Notes: generated by a model from the letters alone, not told the origin. A DNA stretch of 63,779 bases, filler included, from Guillardia theta CCMP2712 (GCF_000315625.1; 8 parts of 8 records of this genome joined end to end with filler, not necessarily neighbours in it); one strand, 5' to 3'; positions 44,701-58,701 are shown, numbered from the whole stretch's first letter. A program made the numbers and translations.

Positions 44701-45687
44701 AATAACAGTGGAGTAGAGACGGTAGGGTACCCTACCTGTACCCGTGTAATCCCCTCGGGTACCCCTACCCGTTGTACTGATGAGATCAGACGGGGTACTC
44801 AATCCTTCATTTCCCAAAAACAGGTTGACTTCTGATCAGGGGTGGGGTAGTAGGCTGAGGAAAGTACGGGTGGTGTGCCCTCCCTTCCTAAAATGCTTCT
44901 CAAAGACTGGAGGTAGGGTGGGTGTACGTATGCTTTCAGTACAGGGGGTGGTCTCGTGAGATGGTACACCCCCACCCCCTCTTGGTCAAGAAGAAGGGTG
45001 GGTATCCATGTAGACTTTTTAGAAGGGTGGGTGGGGTACCTCAAACCCGCTGATTCTCAAGTGGTGGGATGTGAGGATGTTAACTCTGTAGAGAGGTAGG
45101 GTAGGCTGGTACTGCCCACCCCTATTAAATTCAGGAAACCATGGTATTCTATAGGGTAGGGTAGGGTCATATCACAGGAAGGGGTGGTCGTGAATGTGCT
45201 TATAACAATGGAAGCGATTGAAGAGCGGGAGGAGAGAGGGAGAGAGGATGGAAGGAGCTTGAGGGAGGGTGAGGACAAGCTTGTCATGTCGCTAGAGTGT
45301 GAGAGATGTCTTGTAGCTGCTGCAGAGAGAAAGAGACGTGACAACAGACAGAAGAAAGGAGAAGAGAGGAGGGAAAAGAAACGGCTGATGGAAGGTTTTT
45401 TGGCATTCTTGTTTGCAAGTAGAGGGAAGCTAGAAACGTTTTGCGCTTTTCCTTTTCTCATACTGCCATTCTCCCCTCTTTCTCTTCCAACAAAAGGAAG
45501 TGAAGAGAAGAGATAATTAAGAATGCCACGAGGGAAGAACTTGTGCTGTGTGTAGATGACAAGCCTTAGGTTTATGTGTAAGACAACAAGATCGTATCAC
45601 CCCTCTAAGCAACTCTCGATGACATGACGCTTGTGACAGGCGTTGAGATCTGTTGGGCCTTGTCCCCTCCTGCTAGACTGGTACGGC

Positions 45688-48244
45688 ATGGGGAAGGATG
45701 TACAGACAGAGATTCTAGAGCTGGAGCGTGAGCTCTTGACCTTGAGAGTCAAGAATGAAGTGCTGCTCGCCCACTCCTCCGCTCTCGCTCAAATCAGAAA
45801 TCCCACGGCTCATCCACCAGCTAGTGCCCAGCAGACGACCAGCTGGACTATCCCCGACGACATCAGCTCTGACCTCAAGAAGCTCTTTCAGACCCCTCGA
45901 GACTCAAAGGATTACAAAACGATTCTCAACAACCTCCGCATGGCTCTCGGCGTCGACGCGTCGGCCCTCAGCCCTGACAAGCTCTCGTACGATGACTACG
46001 AGGTCAGAGTCGCAAGAGAGTGGGAGCTCGAGCGCAAGGCCAGCAGCCTCGGCGACCTCAACATCCTTCGAGTCATGGCGGAGTGCATCCCCGGCGGGAG
46101 CGCGGCGAGTCCTCTTGCGGGGCTACAGGGGATGACGGAGAGCGCTCTATCGGCTCTATGGCAGACGGCGATAGGGAGGAGGCTCGAGGAGGCGCTGAGG
46201 AGGCCGGCAGAGGCAGGAGGGCGGGCGGGAGGAGACGGTCCGACGTCGCACAACAGCAAGTTTGCGGTGAATGAGTCGGACGGTACAGGCAGCAGGGAGG
46301 TACGCGAGGCCGTGTACGGGAAGATCGAGGAGTACTACGGGGGGCTGATGGAGCGGATCGGGCTACCTCAGACGGAGCTGATGAAGGCGATAGAGGAGGA
46401 GCACTGCAAGGGCAAGGACGCGGAGGAAGCGTTCACGACGAGCAACTACGGGATCAGGACGACAGCCAAGGAGGAGTGGCTCAACGTCACAGACCCGGAG
46501 AGGAGGCGGAGGCTGTCGGACGGGACGCGGGTGATCCGAGGGATGGAGGAGCTGAAGGGGCTGGACACGGCGATGAAGGCGGGGCTACAGGAGGCGGAGC
46601 TGATCGCGCTGCAGCTCTACACAGGTAAGAGAGAGAGATAGCGAGAGAGGGAGAAGGAGCGTTGGGGAGGAGAGTGGAGCAAGAGAGCGTGAGATGGCTG
46701 ACAAGAGGCTTGCTATGACAGGGCCGATGTACTTCAAGTACAACTCTGTTCTTCGAGCTCCCAACGAGCTCCTCCGAGACTCCAACAAGGTCCCCAACAA
46801 GTACACGACGACCATCCACTGCATCGTCAGCGGCATCGTGAAGCTGTCTCGTCACACGCCTCTGCCGGAGGGGCTGCGGGTGTGGAGGGGGCTGAAGGGG
46901 ATGAGGCTGCCGGAGAGCTTCCTCAACGAGGACAAGCTCGGGGTGTCCGGAGGAGTCGAGTACGGGCTGCTGAGCACGACGACAGACGTCAGGAAGGCGA
47001 TGCAGTACGCCGGGGAGGAGGGAGAGTCGATCGTGTTCGAGATCAGCTGCGGGGCGATCGACCGGGGGGCGAGCTTGACGTTTGTGTCTCAGTATCCGGG
47101 GGAGGGGGAGATGCTGTATCCGCCGCTGTCGTACCTGGAGGTGGTGAAGACGCCGCGGTACAGGGAGGTAGAGGGGAGGCGGGTGAAGGTGCTGGAGCTG
47201 AAGATCAACGCGAACACGATGAGCTTGACGATCGAGGACTTTGTGGGGAAGAGGAAGCAGCTGTATGTAGGGCTGATGGAGAACCTGGCGAGGGAGGTAG
47301 AGCGAGACGTGAGGGGGTGGGAGGGGAGGATCCAGGAGCGGCTCAGGACAGCAACATTCGATTCTTTTCAAAAGACACATAATAATCTGGTGAGGTCGAT
47401 CGTGGAGGAGAGCTGGGGGCTGGTGGAGGCGAGCAGGGCGAGGGAGTCGGGCTGGTACAACGACGAGTCAAGATACAAGGAGGCGATCGAGCTGTCGAAC
47501 CGAGTGAAGGACATGGCGATCAACAAGCTCAGGCACTGGATCGAAGACACTCAGGGAGACGAGAAATGTTTAGCCCTTGCACGCGAGCCGATGCAGTCAG
47601 TGTACTGGAGGACGATGGCGGGTCTGATGTACAAGATCAGCTCGCGGACTCCAGCAGGCGATGACGGCAGACGAGAGCAGAGCAAGAGGCTGTGCGGGAT
47701 GTACGGCTTGTCGATGTCAAGGTCGGGCCAGCACGGGGAGCCGCCGACAGTGACGGCGGTGGTACGAGGACAGGGGGAGCTGATCGGGCTGCTGAAGGCG
47801 ACCGAATGCGACATGGACGAGTGGATGGAGGACGGGAGGACAGGGCTGCATGTAGCGGGGATGCTGGGGAGGGCGGGGAGCGTGAGGGAGCTGATACAGG
47901 CAGGTGCAGAGGTAGGAGCGAAGGACGATGAATGGAAGACGATGGTGCACTGGGCGGGGGAGTATGGGCATGTGGAGGTACTGAAGACGGTAGAGGAAGA
48001 ATGCGGGAAAGAGACTCTGAGGACCTTGATGATGGAGAGGAGCAATGACGGCAAGACATGCGCGCACTATGCGAGTGCAGGTGGGCACTTGGAAGTGCTG
48101 CGGTATGCTGTAGAGACATGCGGGGAGGAGCTGCTGAGGGCGAAAGACAATGGCGGCAGGACATGCGCGCACTTGGCGAGTCTCAGAGACACTTTGGAGG
48201 TAGTGCGGTATGTTGTAGAGACATGCGGGGAGGAGCTGCTGAGG
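45688..48244 (+). CDS. R-S-E class mono-ADP-ribosyltransferase fused to ankyrin repeats (intron ~46625-46721, 3' end in gap)
   Basis: LQLYTG|PMYFKYNSVLR, VWRG, LSTTTD, SQYPGEGEMLYPP; ankyrin repeats GRTGLHVA, GKTCAHYASAGGHLEVLRY. Confidence 0.85.
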
Positions 48245-48343
48245 NNNNNNNNNNNNNNNNNNNNNNNNNNNNNNNNNNNNNNNNNNNNTTAATTAATTAA
48301 NNNNNNNNNNNNNNNNNNNNNNNNNNNNNNNNNNNNNNNNNNN

Positions 48344-48991
48344 NGAATAAATCTGCCTCCTCGACGAATGGCTGACAGGGCAGGAATAAGAAGATCCGGC
48401 ATCCGGCCAAGAAGGACCCCTTGGAGGATATGTTTGCAGTAGAGCTTCAAAGCTGCAGGATGACTAGAAAGGGGTGACAGGTGTTGCCGAATCCTCCACC
48501 CTTGGTCATCGGTCCCCGCAAAGGAGCTGTAGCGCTTGATCGCCTGGATCAGGCTAGTGGTGTCGAGGATGTCAGTCAAATCCACCTGCAGTACTGCAAG
48601 CGCTTGCTGGGTGAGATGATCCGCGGAAGCACTTCCAAAGGCAGGCGACGCACCATCAGGGAACTTCTCTTGTGCTTCAGCAAGAAGATCAGCGAAAGAT
48701 TCAGCCCTGTAGATGCCGGAGCTCAGTAGTGTCCGTACCGCCCGATGAAGGTCACCCGCAGTGAACTGATGAATCGCCAACTGTCTTTGGCGCTCGCTCG
48801 CAGAGGTGAGGGACAGCGTAGGTCGCGGCGGAGGGGCAGGCTCAGACTCCTGAGACGATTGGCCGGACTGCCGCTGCTCCCTCGGCCCGCGCGGTTGTGG
48901 TCGCTGCTGTGGTGGTTGCTGGTGTTGCTGCTGCTGCTGCTGCTGACGCGGACGCTGCGGCTGACGCTGGCGTTGCTGCTGGTGCTGCTGC

Positions 48992-49023
<32 letters not shown>

Positions 49024-52000
49024 ACGCGGGTGCTGCGGCTGCGGCTGCTGCTGCTGCAGTTGCTGTTTCGCAAACCGCGTCAGCGCTCCTGCCCCTTCAC
49101 GCTCGCGGTGATGATGAGGATGTTGCCAACCCCACAGTGCTGGTGAGTTTGGATGCAAAGAACGCCTTCAACTCCCTCGACCGCCAGGCTCTCTTCGACG
49201 CAATCGAGGGACGTGCGAGTCGCGACTACTTTGATGGGAGCATCACTGAAGGCGCAAGCTTGCCCTCTTGCGAGCATCTCCGTTTGTTCGCCTCCTACCT
49301 CTCCAGCTACTATGGAGACTCTGCTGACCTTCGACTCTTTCACAAAAGTCAGTCAGCCTCCGTTCAGTGTACCTCGGGCGTCTGTCAGGGCGATGTCCCC
49401 TCCAGCGTATTTTTCTGCCACAGTATCCACCCCCTGCTCCTCCATATCGCAGAGCTTTTTCCCTCTGTTCGAGTCTTGGCCTATGCTGACAACGTCGTGC
49501 TTGTCGGTCCACTCGAGGATGCCGTTGCAGCTACGTCCGCTATGAAGAAGTACATGTTGGCTGATCTGAAGCTAGAGATTCAACCTCGCGAGTCGAAAGT
49601 TTACATCCCCTCCTGGCATCAACACCCTGATCTCTCGCAGCTGAAGAAGAGCCTTAAGCGCCGTCTCAAGACTCAACTTCTTCACTTCGAGGTCGTCACT
49701 GGCGGGATTACACTTGGCGGCCTGCCTATCGGCACGGATGGATTTCATGCTAGTCAGCTCCGAGCGAAGGTTTCTACCCTCAACGAAGAGCTCTCGAAGC
49801 TCGGGCTCGTCCAGCATGGCTTCATGTTCAAGACGCTGGTGAGGGCGAGCCATCTCCAGAAGCTGCGCTTCTTCCTCCAGGGGTCTTCTCCGTTTCTCCC
49901 GCGGGTCCAATCACAGATTCGTCGCTTTGACCTCTCTGTCCACCTGGCGCTTGAGAAATACCACCGCTGGCCTTCCTCGCAGTACCTTGCCGCGCATCCC
50001 GACCTGCTAGAGTTTGCGAGGTTCAAGCGGGAGCTTCCGCATAGTCGGGGAGGGGACGAGTTCACGCCCTCTGAGGGTCTACACCCCGCTGTTTACTATA
50101 CGGCTATCGGTCGCTTCCTCGCTTGGTACTCTGTCCAGCCCATGTCCCGGACCTTGCCCTCTCCTCATAGCCTGGACGTTCACTGCTCGAGATCTCTCCG
50201 TGCCCCAGAAGCATCCTCTGGCGACCTTGTTCGTTGAGGCGCACGACTTCGTTCATAATGCTGGAACGATCCTCTACCGTCGTGTCAAGGCTCCTGCACA
50301 GGCTGCAGAGGGCGCGGCGATCCCACCATCCCCGGCTCATGTGCCCGATGACGCAGGACGCCCCCCGGCATCTGTGGTACACATCCGAGGTATGCGCGCT
50401 CTCGTCGACTCGTATCAGGAGCACTTCATTCCTCCCCCTCCGCAGCGAAATGTGACTCCTCTTGTAATGGGCGTCTTCCCTTGACATGTGCATGCCCGCG
50501 GTGCGCCGCCCGATCAGCAGCGTGATATCCTCTCCTTGCTCAGCCGCAGGACACACTCGCTCAAGTCGCAGGATAGGGTCTTGCAGTCTACCATCTTCGC
50601 TCATTTTCCTGAGCGAGACCTGAGCCACTCTCCGATGCGAGTCTCGAGCTACTNNNNNNNNNNNNNNNNNNNNNNNNNNNNNNNNNNNNNNNNNNNNNNN
50701 NNNNNNNNNNNNNNNNNNNNNNNNNNNNNNNNNNNNNNNNNNNNNNNNNNNNNNNNNNNNNNNNNNNNNNNNNNNNNNNNNNNNNNNNNNNNNNNNNNNN
50801 NNNNNNNNNNNNNNNNNNNNNNNNNNNNNNNNNNNNNNNNNNNNNNNNNNNNNNNNNNNNNNNNNNNNNNNNNNNNNNNNNNNNNNNNNNNNNNNNNNNN
50901 NNNNNNNNNNNNNNNNNNNNNNNNNNNNNNNNNNNNNNNNNNNNNNNNNNNNNNNNNNNNNNNNNNNNNNNNNNNNNNNNNNNNNNNNNNNNNNNNNNNN
51001 NNNNNNNNNNNNNNNNNNNNNNNNNNNNNNNNNNNNNNNNNNNNNNNNNNNNNNNNNNNNNNNNNNNNNNNNNNNNNNNNNNNNNNNNNNNNNNNNNNNN
51101 NNNNNNNNNNNNNNNNNNNNNNNNNNNNNNNNNNNNNNNNNNNNNNNNNNNNNNNNNNNNNTCCTCGAGCGTTCATCCCTCTTGCCATCTCGACGGACGG
51201 TACCCTGCATCCTGACACCCTCCGCTTCATCTGGTATTTGGCGGACATCATTGCTCAGCGCTCGATGCCTCTTGAGGATGCGGCGTTTGGTCGGCACTTC
51301 GTGCCTGATGACGGACCTGCTGCTGAGGTCTTGGCTCGCAAACGCGCCGCCACCTATCAGCGCCTGACCATGCAGCTGACGCTGGAGGCGCTCTTGTCTG
51401 GTGCGAGGCGCATGACGCCCTTGCGGGCGCAAGCACTTCTCGAGCCAGAGGACAGCTCCTCCTCGGACTTTGTCGAGTCGCCCGAGGGGGAGTCTTCGCC
51501 GGAGGTCTCCGACTCCGATGGGGGAAACCCTTCGAGTGGCCCCGACGATCGGCGCGGAGCTGGCGAAGCGTCTCCGTCCCTCACTGTGACGTCGGGTGCC
51601 TCCGGAGAGCTCGACACCACTGGGGTGCTTGCTGCTGGTCCGAGCTCGCCTGCTTCCTCCCCGGCATCGGTCGCCGGGTCACGCCGGTCCTTGGGCATTG
51701 CCGCGGCGTCGCCGCCGTCACGGGCGGCTACCACTGACTTGGCTACCGCTGACTCGGAGGCTAGCGAGGAGGACTACCTCGAGCGGTACCGTGTTCATGT
51801 GTCCAGCCTCCCTCCGTCCGCTGCCCCAGGCGGACCCCCGGGCAACGCCGGCTCCTTGTCGGCGGCTGCCCTTTCTCCGTCCGCGGCCGCCCGCTTTGTG
51901 GCGGCAGCGGACGTCTCGACTGACAGTGGTCAGTCGGCTGCCTCCGGGTATCGCGTGTAAGGGATTTTATTCCTCCTGCATGCTCCTGCTGCTTGTTGCT

Positions 52001-52143
52001 TGATTGCTTGACCCTTAGGCTGCTTGTCTGCGCGGCTTCGCGCTTGGGCTGGCGCTGCCGCGTCTGGGTGCCAGCAGTGATTTACTGGCAGAAGGTAAAA
52101 AGTGCCTCAAGCAAAACAAAGAAGGAACAAGCTAAACCTCCTG

Positions 52144-52188
<45 letters not shown>

Positions 52189-52207
52189 AGTAAATCCTAT
52201 AACCTCT

Positions 52208-52249
<42 letters not shown>

Positions 52250-52440
52250 CGGCTGCATCCGCACATCGCGTCTAAGGGATTTTATTCCTCCTGCATGCTC
52301 CCGGTGCTGCTTGTTGCTTGATTGCTTGACCCTTAGGCTGCTTGTCTGCGCGGTTTCGCGCTTTTACTGGCAGAAGGTAAAAACGGGGGCCTCAGGCAAA
52401 ACATAGAAGGAACAAGCTAAACCTCCTGGGCACACACCCA
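48344..52440 (+). mobile_element. CRE-like RLE-type non-LTR retrotransposon, degenerate, 5' part inverted
   Basis: RT motifs LDAKNAFNS, GVCQGDVPS, AYADN, LGGLPIG; RLE tail FIPLAISTDG; upstream RT region on the minus strand at 48344-49100; frameshift ~50170 and stop at 50484; (CA)n tracts at the 3' end. Confidence 0.8.
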
Positions 52441-52996
52441 CAAACTCAAACATCCACTAGCCACCTTCACGCGTGATCAAAGGAAAAAGCACAATATATN
52501 NNNNNNNNNNNNNNNNNNNNNNNNNNNNNNNNNNNNNNNNNNNTTAATTAATTAANNNNNNNNNNNNNNNNNNNNNNNNNNNNNNNNNNNNNNNNNNNNT
52601 CCACGTGCAACTTAGTAAGGACTACATCTGTCTGCGCCAGATTCTTGATGATGATGAGCGCGTTGATGTGAGGCGAGGAATGAGAAAAGCTCAAAGTCGA
52701 AGAGGAGGAGGAAGAGGAAGCAGCAGAGGCGGCGGCGGCAACGGTATCGGTGGCGGAGGAGAAGGAAGCATCCTCTAGCGCCAAGGAGGTATGGTCGCTC
52801 TCTACAAGCGCAGAGATCACAGGGTCGAGGATCTGCAGACGAAGTAGTTCTATCCTCATCTGAGGTGGAGGTGGAGGAGGAGGAGGAGGCGGAGGAGGAG
52901 GAGGAGGAGGAGGTGCTGGCGCTGGTGCTGGTGCTGGTGCTGGTGCTGGTGCTGGTGGAGGAGGAGGAGGTGAAGGGAGGATGACAGTGCCGGCAG

Positions 52997-53760
52997 GTTT
53001 TCGTTCACAGGAACATGGCAAATATTGTGATGCCGTATGATGTCAACCTGATGAGCTGCTTGCAATATGCCGTTGACTACTTGGAGGTGAGAAGACAGAG
53101 GAGGAGAGAAGAGGAGAGGGAGAGCAGGACAAGACAGGAGACGAGGGGAGGGGAGGGGAGAGGAGAGGAGAGGAGAGGATGAGTGGAGTGGAGGGATAGG
53201 TGAGGAGGAGAGGGTCGATGGCAGGAGGAGGAGGAGGGCAGCGAGTGATGCAGGACTTGGCAGGTTCAGCACATCATCGTCTGCGGGCACTACAGCTGCA
53301 TGGGGATCCAGGCGGCGTTCAACAAGGAGAACTTTGCGAGCCCGCTGGAGAACTGGATCTCACACATCAGGGACGTTTACAGGACCCACCTGAAGGAGCT
53401 CGAGAAGATCGAGGATCCGATGGCGAAGAGGAGGAGGCTGGTCGAGCTCAACGTCATCGAGTCGTGCCGGACTGTCTACCAGATGTCCATCGTGCAGAAC
53501 AGGCTGAAGCAGACTGATCCGGTGCAGCCGTTCGCAACCCCGCGCATTCATGCGGTTGTGTATGATGTGGCTGATGGGACTCTGAAGTGAGTTATGGAGG
53601 AGGAGGAGGAGGAGGAGAAGAGGAGGAGGAGTGAGTGACGTAGAGTGGCAGGCGGCTCAATTGGGTTCAGCCTGAAATCGACGACGTTTACGGCATGCGA
53701 GGATGCCATGGAATGGGATGCGACATTGACTTCTACAACACCGCTCCTCTAGCAGGATGA
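52997..53760 (+). CDS. Beta-class carbonic anhydrase, C-terminal three exons
   Basis: VFVHRNMANIV...LQYAVDYLE|VQHIIVCGHYSCMGI...LVELNV...YDVADGTLK|RLNW...stop 53760. Confidence 0.9.
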
Positions 53761-53910
53761 ACAGCACCTCTCCTGAACCCCTTCTCCTTCCTCCCCATCT
53801 TCCCTTCCCCATTTTCCCCTGCCAGGCAGTTGCCCCAACCTCGTTTGCAGGTAGACTGGTGTCTACCTCCTCCTTTTCGGCACGCTCTCTCCCTCGGATT
53901 GCCCCTCCCT

Positions 53911-53980
<70 letters not shown>

Positions 53981-54672
53981 AGCATCATCACCATCCGCAG
54001 CGGCAGATGTTTCTGCTCCTGCATTTCTGTGCGAGCAAAGGGGGTGGAGGGAAGCATCTTTAACAATTATTACAAGCAAACACCAACACAAACTCCCTTC
54101 CTCCTCCTCTACTCGAAGCAGTTGAAGAAAGAGCAAAAGCCAACCAGCAATGCTGACCCCACAAACAAGGATGCGACTTCAGCCATCTTGGACATCTGCA
54201 GCCAGAGTCAACCTCCTCCTCCTCCTCCCCCTTCCGCATGAAGCGATGACCCTTTGCGTTACTCTCATACCCAATACGATCTTCTGCTTGATGCCGTCAT
54301 GACGCGACTTGGTTTAGCTTCTTGTCCTCCTTGTGCTTCAACGCCTGAGCCTTGCTGGCCTGCAAGCTTTCTTCTCTACGAGCTTTCTTGCCATCTATAC
54401 CTGACCGCCTCCGCCCTGCATAAGCAGCCTTGGTCTCCTAAGGGCTGAAGGGACCGCGTCGAAATTGCCTTTGAAATATTCGAGCGGCTTATTCTTGAAC
54501 AAAACGATTGTCCTCTCTCTACTCTGTTGAGGATCAATCGAACATGTGACACCTATCACAACAGTCATGTCGNNNNNNNNNNNNNNNNNNNNNNNNNNNN
54601 NNNNNNNNNNNNNNNNTTAATTAATTAANNNNNNNNNNNNNNNNNNNNNNNNNNNNNNNNNNNNNNNNNNNN

Positions 54673-56379
54673 GTACGCCACAGCAGCATCACAAGTGTGG
54701 ATGGACGAGGAGGAGCTGTGAAAGACAGTCTTGTCGATGGTTTGCGAACCATCTTCTCCATTGACAAGGACGCAAAGAACAAGCAGGCGCTGCAGTCTGT
54801 CATTCCTTTGATAGTGCTGGAAAGCTCAAGTCAAGGACAAACTCCGAGCTTGACATTGAATACCGTCAAGAAGCAGTTCAAGACGATCTTGCAACCATTC
54901 TACAGAGAAGATCCAGACATTGTTGAGATGTTGACAGCAAACCTCATAGCCATCGATCTTCTAGGTGAGCCTAGCAAAGAGTCTGGGATCAGCAGGCTTG
55001 AGGATCTGAAAGAGGAGCTCTTGTCCTCTCAAAAGTCGAGGATAGATGATGCCGTCTCACTAGGAATGCCATTGACTGCAAGGCTAAAGGCACAGACAAG
55101 TAGTCTGATCGCTGTTATCAAACAAAAAGCGTTGTCTTCCTTGCGTGATTGTAAAAGTCTTGAAGCCCTTGAAGACGTTTGCAACCTTGAGCGGGAAGTG
55201 CTGAAGAAGTTGAAGAAGCTCAATGTTGGTGGAGCTTATACTGCCATGCAGACTATCTCGACGACAAAGTCTCGCTGCCGCAAGGCCATTGAAAGCAAGC
55301 TCAGACAGAAGGAAGAGGAGGCTGTGTGGAGCTTGTTTTCAAAGATCAGCGAAGAGCTTGTGCGATTGCATGACGAGCTCTCAGAAGGAACGAGCAACTT
55401 CAGCGATGCAATCCTGCAAGATGTCAAACACCAGATCACGGAAAACCAAAACATCCACGAAACCCTCAAGAACGACCTGCACCAGCAGGCCAAGACAGCT
55501 CTGGAGGACTACACGTTCTGGATGCTCGCAAGAGAGGTAGAAGAGCTTACGAAAGCAGTCAGAGATGGTGACTTGCCGAGCAAGAGGTCTGAGCTTCAAT
55601 CAAAGATAGAGTCAAGCGAGATCGAGTCGCGTCTCAAGGACTTGCTCAGGAAGCATCTCGACCATGCGTGTGGCGAAGAGAAAGTGGTTTTCGATTCCAT
55701 GGAGGAGCAAAAAGCTGAGATGGAGAGTTTTCGACATCTTGTTCGTAAATCAGCAACCGAGAAAGTGAAGAACAAAGACTACGACTTCAGCGCAGAGGCG
55801 AAAAAGAATCTCATGGGCAAACAGGGAAAGTCGCTTCGTCGAAGCGTGAGCTCAGAATACGTACAAAGCGAGGTGAACTTCATCCTGGAGTCTGCGGGGG
55901 TTCGTCTCCAGCAGGCGAAGAGACTCAACGACATGAGCTTCAACAGAGACCAGCTGAAGGAGAGACATGCGCTGATAGTGAAGACACATGACGCCTTGAA
56001 CCGGTTTGAAAGTCAAGTGGAACAATCTGTCTCCGAAGAAACTTTCTTGAGCCCCTCATGTGAAGAGCTGAGGAGACTTGAGGAGGAGATAAAAGGGTCA
56101 GATAAGACCATGGCACTGGACTTTCTCGTTGAGGAAATCGCAAAGAAGATAGATGACGCTGAAAAATATATCAAGAGCGCAAAGCTTGACAACGACGAGA
56201 GAAGCTTGCGGGACGATCTCGATCAATGGGGTGAAAAGGTTGAAAGTGAAGCCTACTCGAACCCTGAGAAAGAAATGTCTCAGGAGCGGTCGGCAGAGAG
56301 AGAGGAGCTTGAGAGCAGGATGAAGGACTTGCGAGACAAATCGGGCAGAAAAATGCCTTTATTGGAGCTGAAGCTGAAG
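54673..56379 (+). CDS. Large helical/coiled-coil protein fragment
   Basis: More than 560 open codons, E/K/L-rich, bounded by gaps. Confidence 0.7.
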
Positions 56380-58257
56380 GNNNNNNNNNNNNNNNNNNNN
56401 NNNNNNNNNNNNNNNNNNNNNNNNNNNNNNNNNNNNNNNNNNNNNNNNNNNNNNNNNNNNNNNNNNNNNNNNNNNNNNNNNNNNNNNNNNNNNNNNNNNN
56501 NNNNNNNNNNNNNNNNNNNNNNNNNNNNNNNNNNNNNNNNNNNNNNNNNNNNNNNNNNNNNNNNNNNNNNNNNNNNNNNNNNNNNNNNNNNNNNNNNNNN
56601 NNNNNNNNNNNNNNNNNNNNNNNNNNNNNNNNNNNNNNNNNNNNNNNNNNNNNNNNNNNNNNNNNNNNNNNNNNNNNNNNNNNNNNNNNNNNNNNNNNNN
56701 NNNNNNNNNNNNNNNNNNNNNNNNNNNNNNNNNNNNNNNNNNNNNNNACTCTTTAGCCCAAAGAAGAAGTAGCGACGCTTGAATCAAGTCTCAGGTATGC
56801 AATACTAGTACTTTTCTTTGAGGCTGACCCAGTAATACACCTTAACTCATCTCACATGTGAGAATAAACGTTGCAGTAGCAAGTACGAGCTCCTTCTTCT
56901 CTCTACTTGTGCTCCATTCTAAATACCCTGCGCTGCGCGTTCTGAAAGAAGTGAAATGTAGATCCAACGATCGAGCATGATAAACAAGGAAGTGACATTG
57001 CATGTGATGTCTGCAAGTCCATCAGAGCAAGGAATTAAAACTGAGCTGACAAAGGAGCCGCATACCACGCTGAGAGCACAGAACACTGGGTAGGGATCGT
57101 TTGAAGAAGTGAAGGGAGAAGTAATGAACAGACGTGGGTCATACAAACAGCTGGCGCAAATTTCTCTAGCTTGACCTCATCTTTTCCCATTGACATTCTG
57201 CACCTTGCAGGAGATAACACTGCTGATACGACAGAGTAACAAAGACTTCTCCCACTCAAAAGAGATCATCATTGCTCGTCGAGTACACAACCCCTCCCGC
57301 AAACGCTCCGTACACCTGTAACCGCAGCGTCATTCCCTCCCTCCCTCCTCCCTCCTCCTCTCCTCTCTGCCACAAGTCGATGACCTTGGAAGTCTGACTG
57401 AAGAGGAACGGGCTCGTCACCAACGACCCCCCCAGCAGCTCCAGCCCCTCCTTCACTCGCCGTGTCTCTCCCGCCCCCTCCTTCTCCTCAGCAGCGCACG
57501 TCTCTCTTGACCCCACGCACACTCTCCCCGGCAAGACTTTCTGTCCCTCTCGCACTGCCACCCCTCGCGGCCGAGACGTCATGATGCACACGCCCTTCGT
57601 CTGCCCCTCCCCGTCAGTACAGGCGTACCCGGAAAGCTCTTCCTCCTCCGCCAACCCCCCCTCCCCCCGCTGCTCCCCCCTCTCCCCCCCCTTTTTCCCT
57701 GATCCTTCGTCCTAGTCCTCGTCCTCCCTATCGTAAGCCTCCCTCCTCGTCCTCCTCCTTGTCCTCTACTTGCTGCTCACCTCTGATGGGATCAGATGGA
57801 TCGGCTCATCCAGCGGCAGCTCTGCGTAGTCCTCCAGCTCCCCTTCAACCCAACACCCGTTACCTCCTCCTCCTCCTCTCGCCTCCTCTCCGCTCACCCG
57901 CCTCGCAGTCCGCTGGCGGCATGCGGAAGCTCTCGCTGCTCCCCACCAGCGTCCACATATGCGACGCTTCTTCCTTCCCCCGGTATGTTCCCCCGCACGT
58001 GTAGATCCACACCTGCCTCCCTCCTTCACTCCTCGCCCTCCTCCTCCTGCCTCCCCTCACCTTCACCTCGCACGCCTCCTCCAGCCCGCACCCGCTGTAC
58101 AGTCCTCGCACCATCATCTGCCGCAGCTAGGGTGTGACAAAATAACACAGACAGGACNNNNNNNNNNNNNNNNNNNNNNNNNNNNNNNNNNNNNNNNNNN
58201 NTTAATTAATTAANNNNNNNNNNNNNNNNNNNNNNNNNNNNNNNNNNNNNNNNNNNN

Positions 58258-58701
58258 GTGCTCCGTCAAGTCCGCGACAGCAGTCGCAGCCCCATCAGCA
58301 AGGACGCAGCCCTCCGAGTCTGCTCGGACCCCTCCAAGCAGTACCTCAAGTACCGGGCCGCCTAGCGCATCCTCTTGGACGCGCAGGAGAAGATGAGGAG
58401 GGAGACACGTGAAGCCCCGGTTGACTACATCGAGCGTCCGCGCCGCATGATCGACTGTCACTGCCACGTCATCGACGTGGATCTTGCTCACCTGGAGATG
58501 CAGAAGCAAGCTTGCGTCCTCATGGGCATGGACGTGCCTCCCTGGCTCCTGTCATGCTCCGAGCGGCTCTCAGATGCCAAGGAGCAGCAGGCGCAAGACA
58601 TCAGCCAGGCTGTCTGCACCAGGACCTTTCTGGACGCTCATCGAGACTACATGCTCTCGAGGATGAGCCAACGAGTAGAGCCGAGAGTCCTAGAATGGTG
58701 A
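58258..58701 (+). pseudogene. Duplicate of the RBR ligase C-terminus with an internal stop
   Basis: Matches 62143-62365 with five substitutions, including AAG to TAG at ~58363. Confidence 0.7.
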
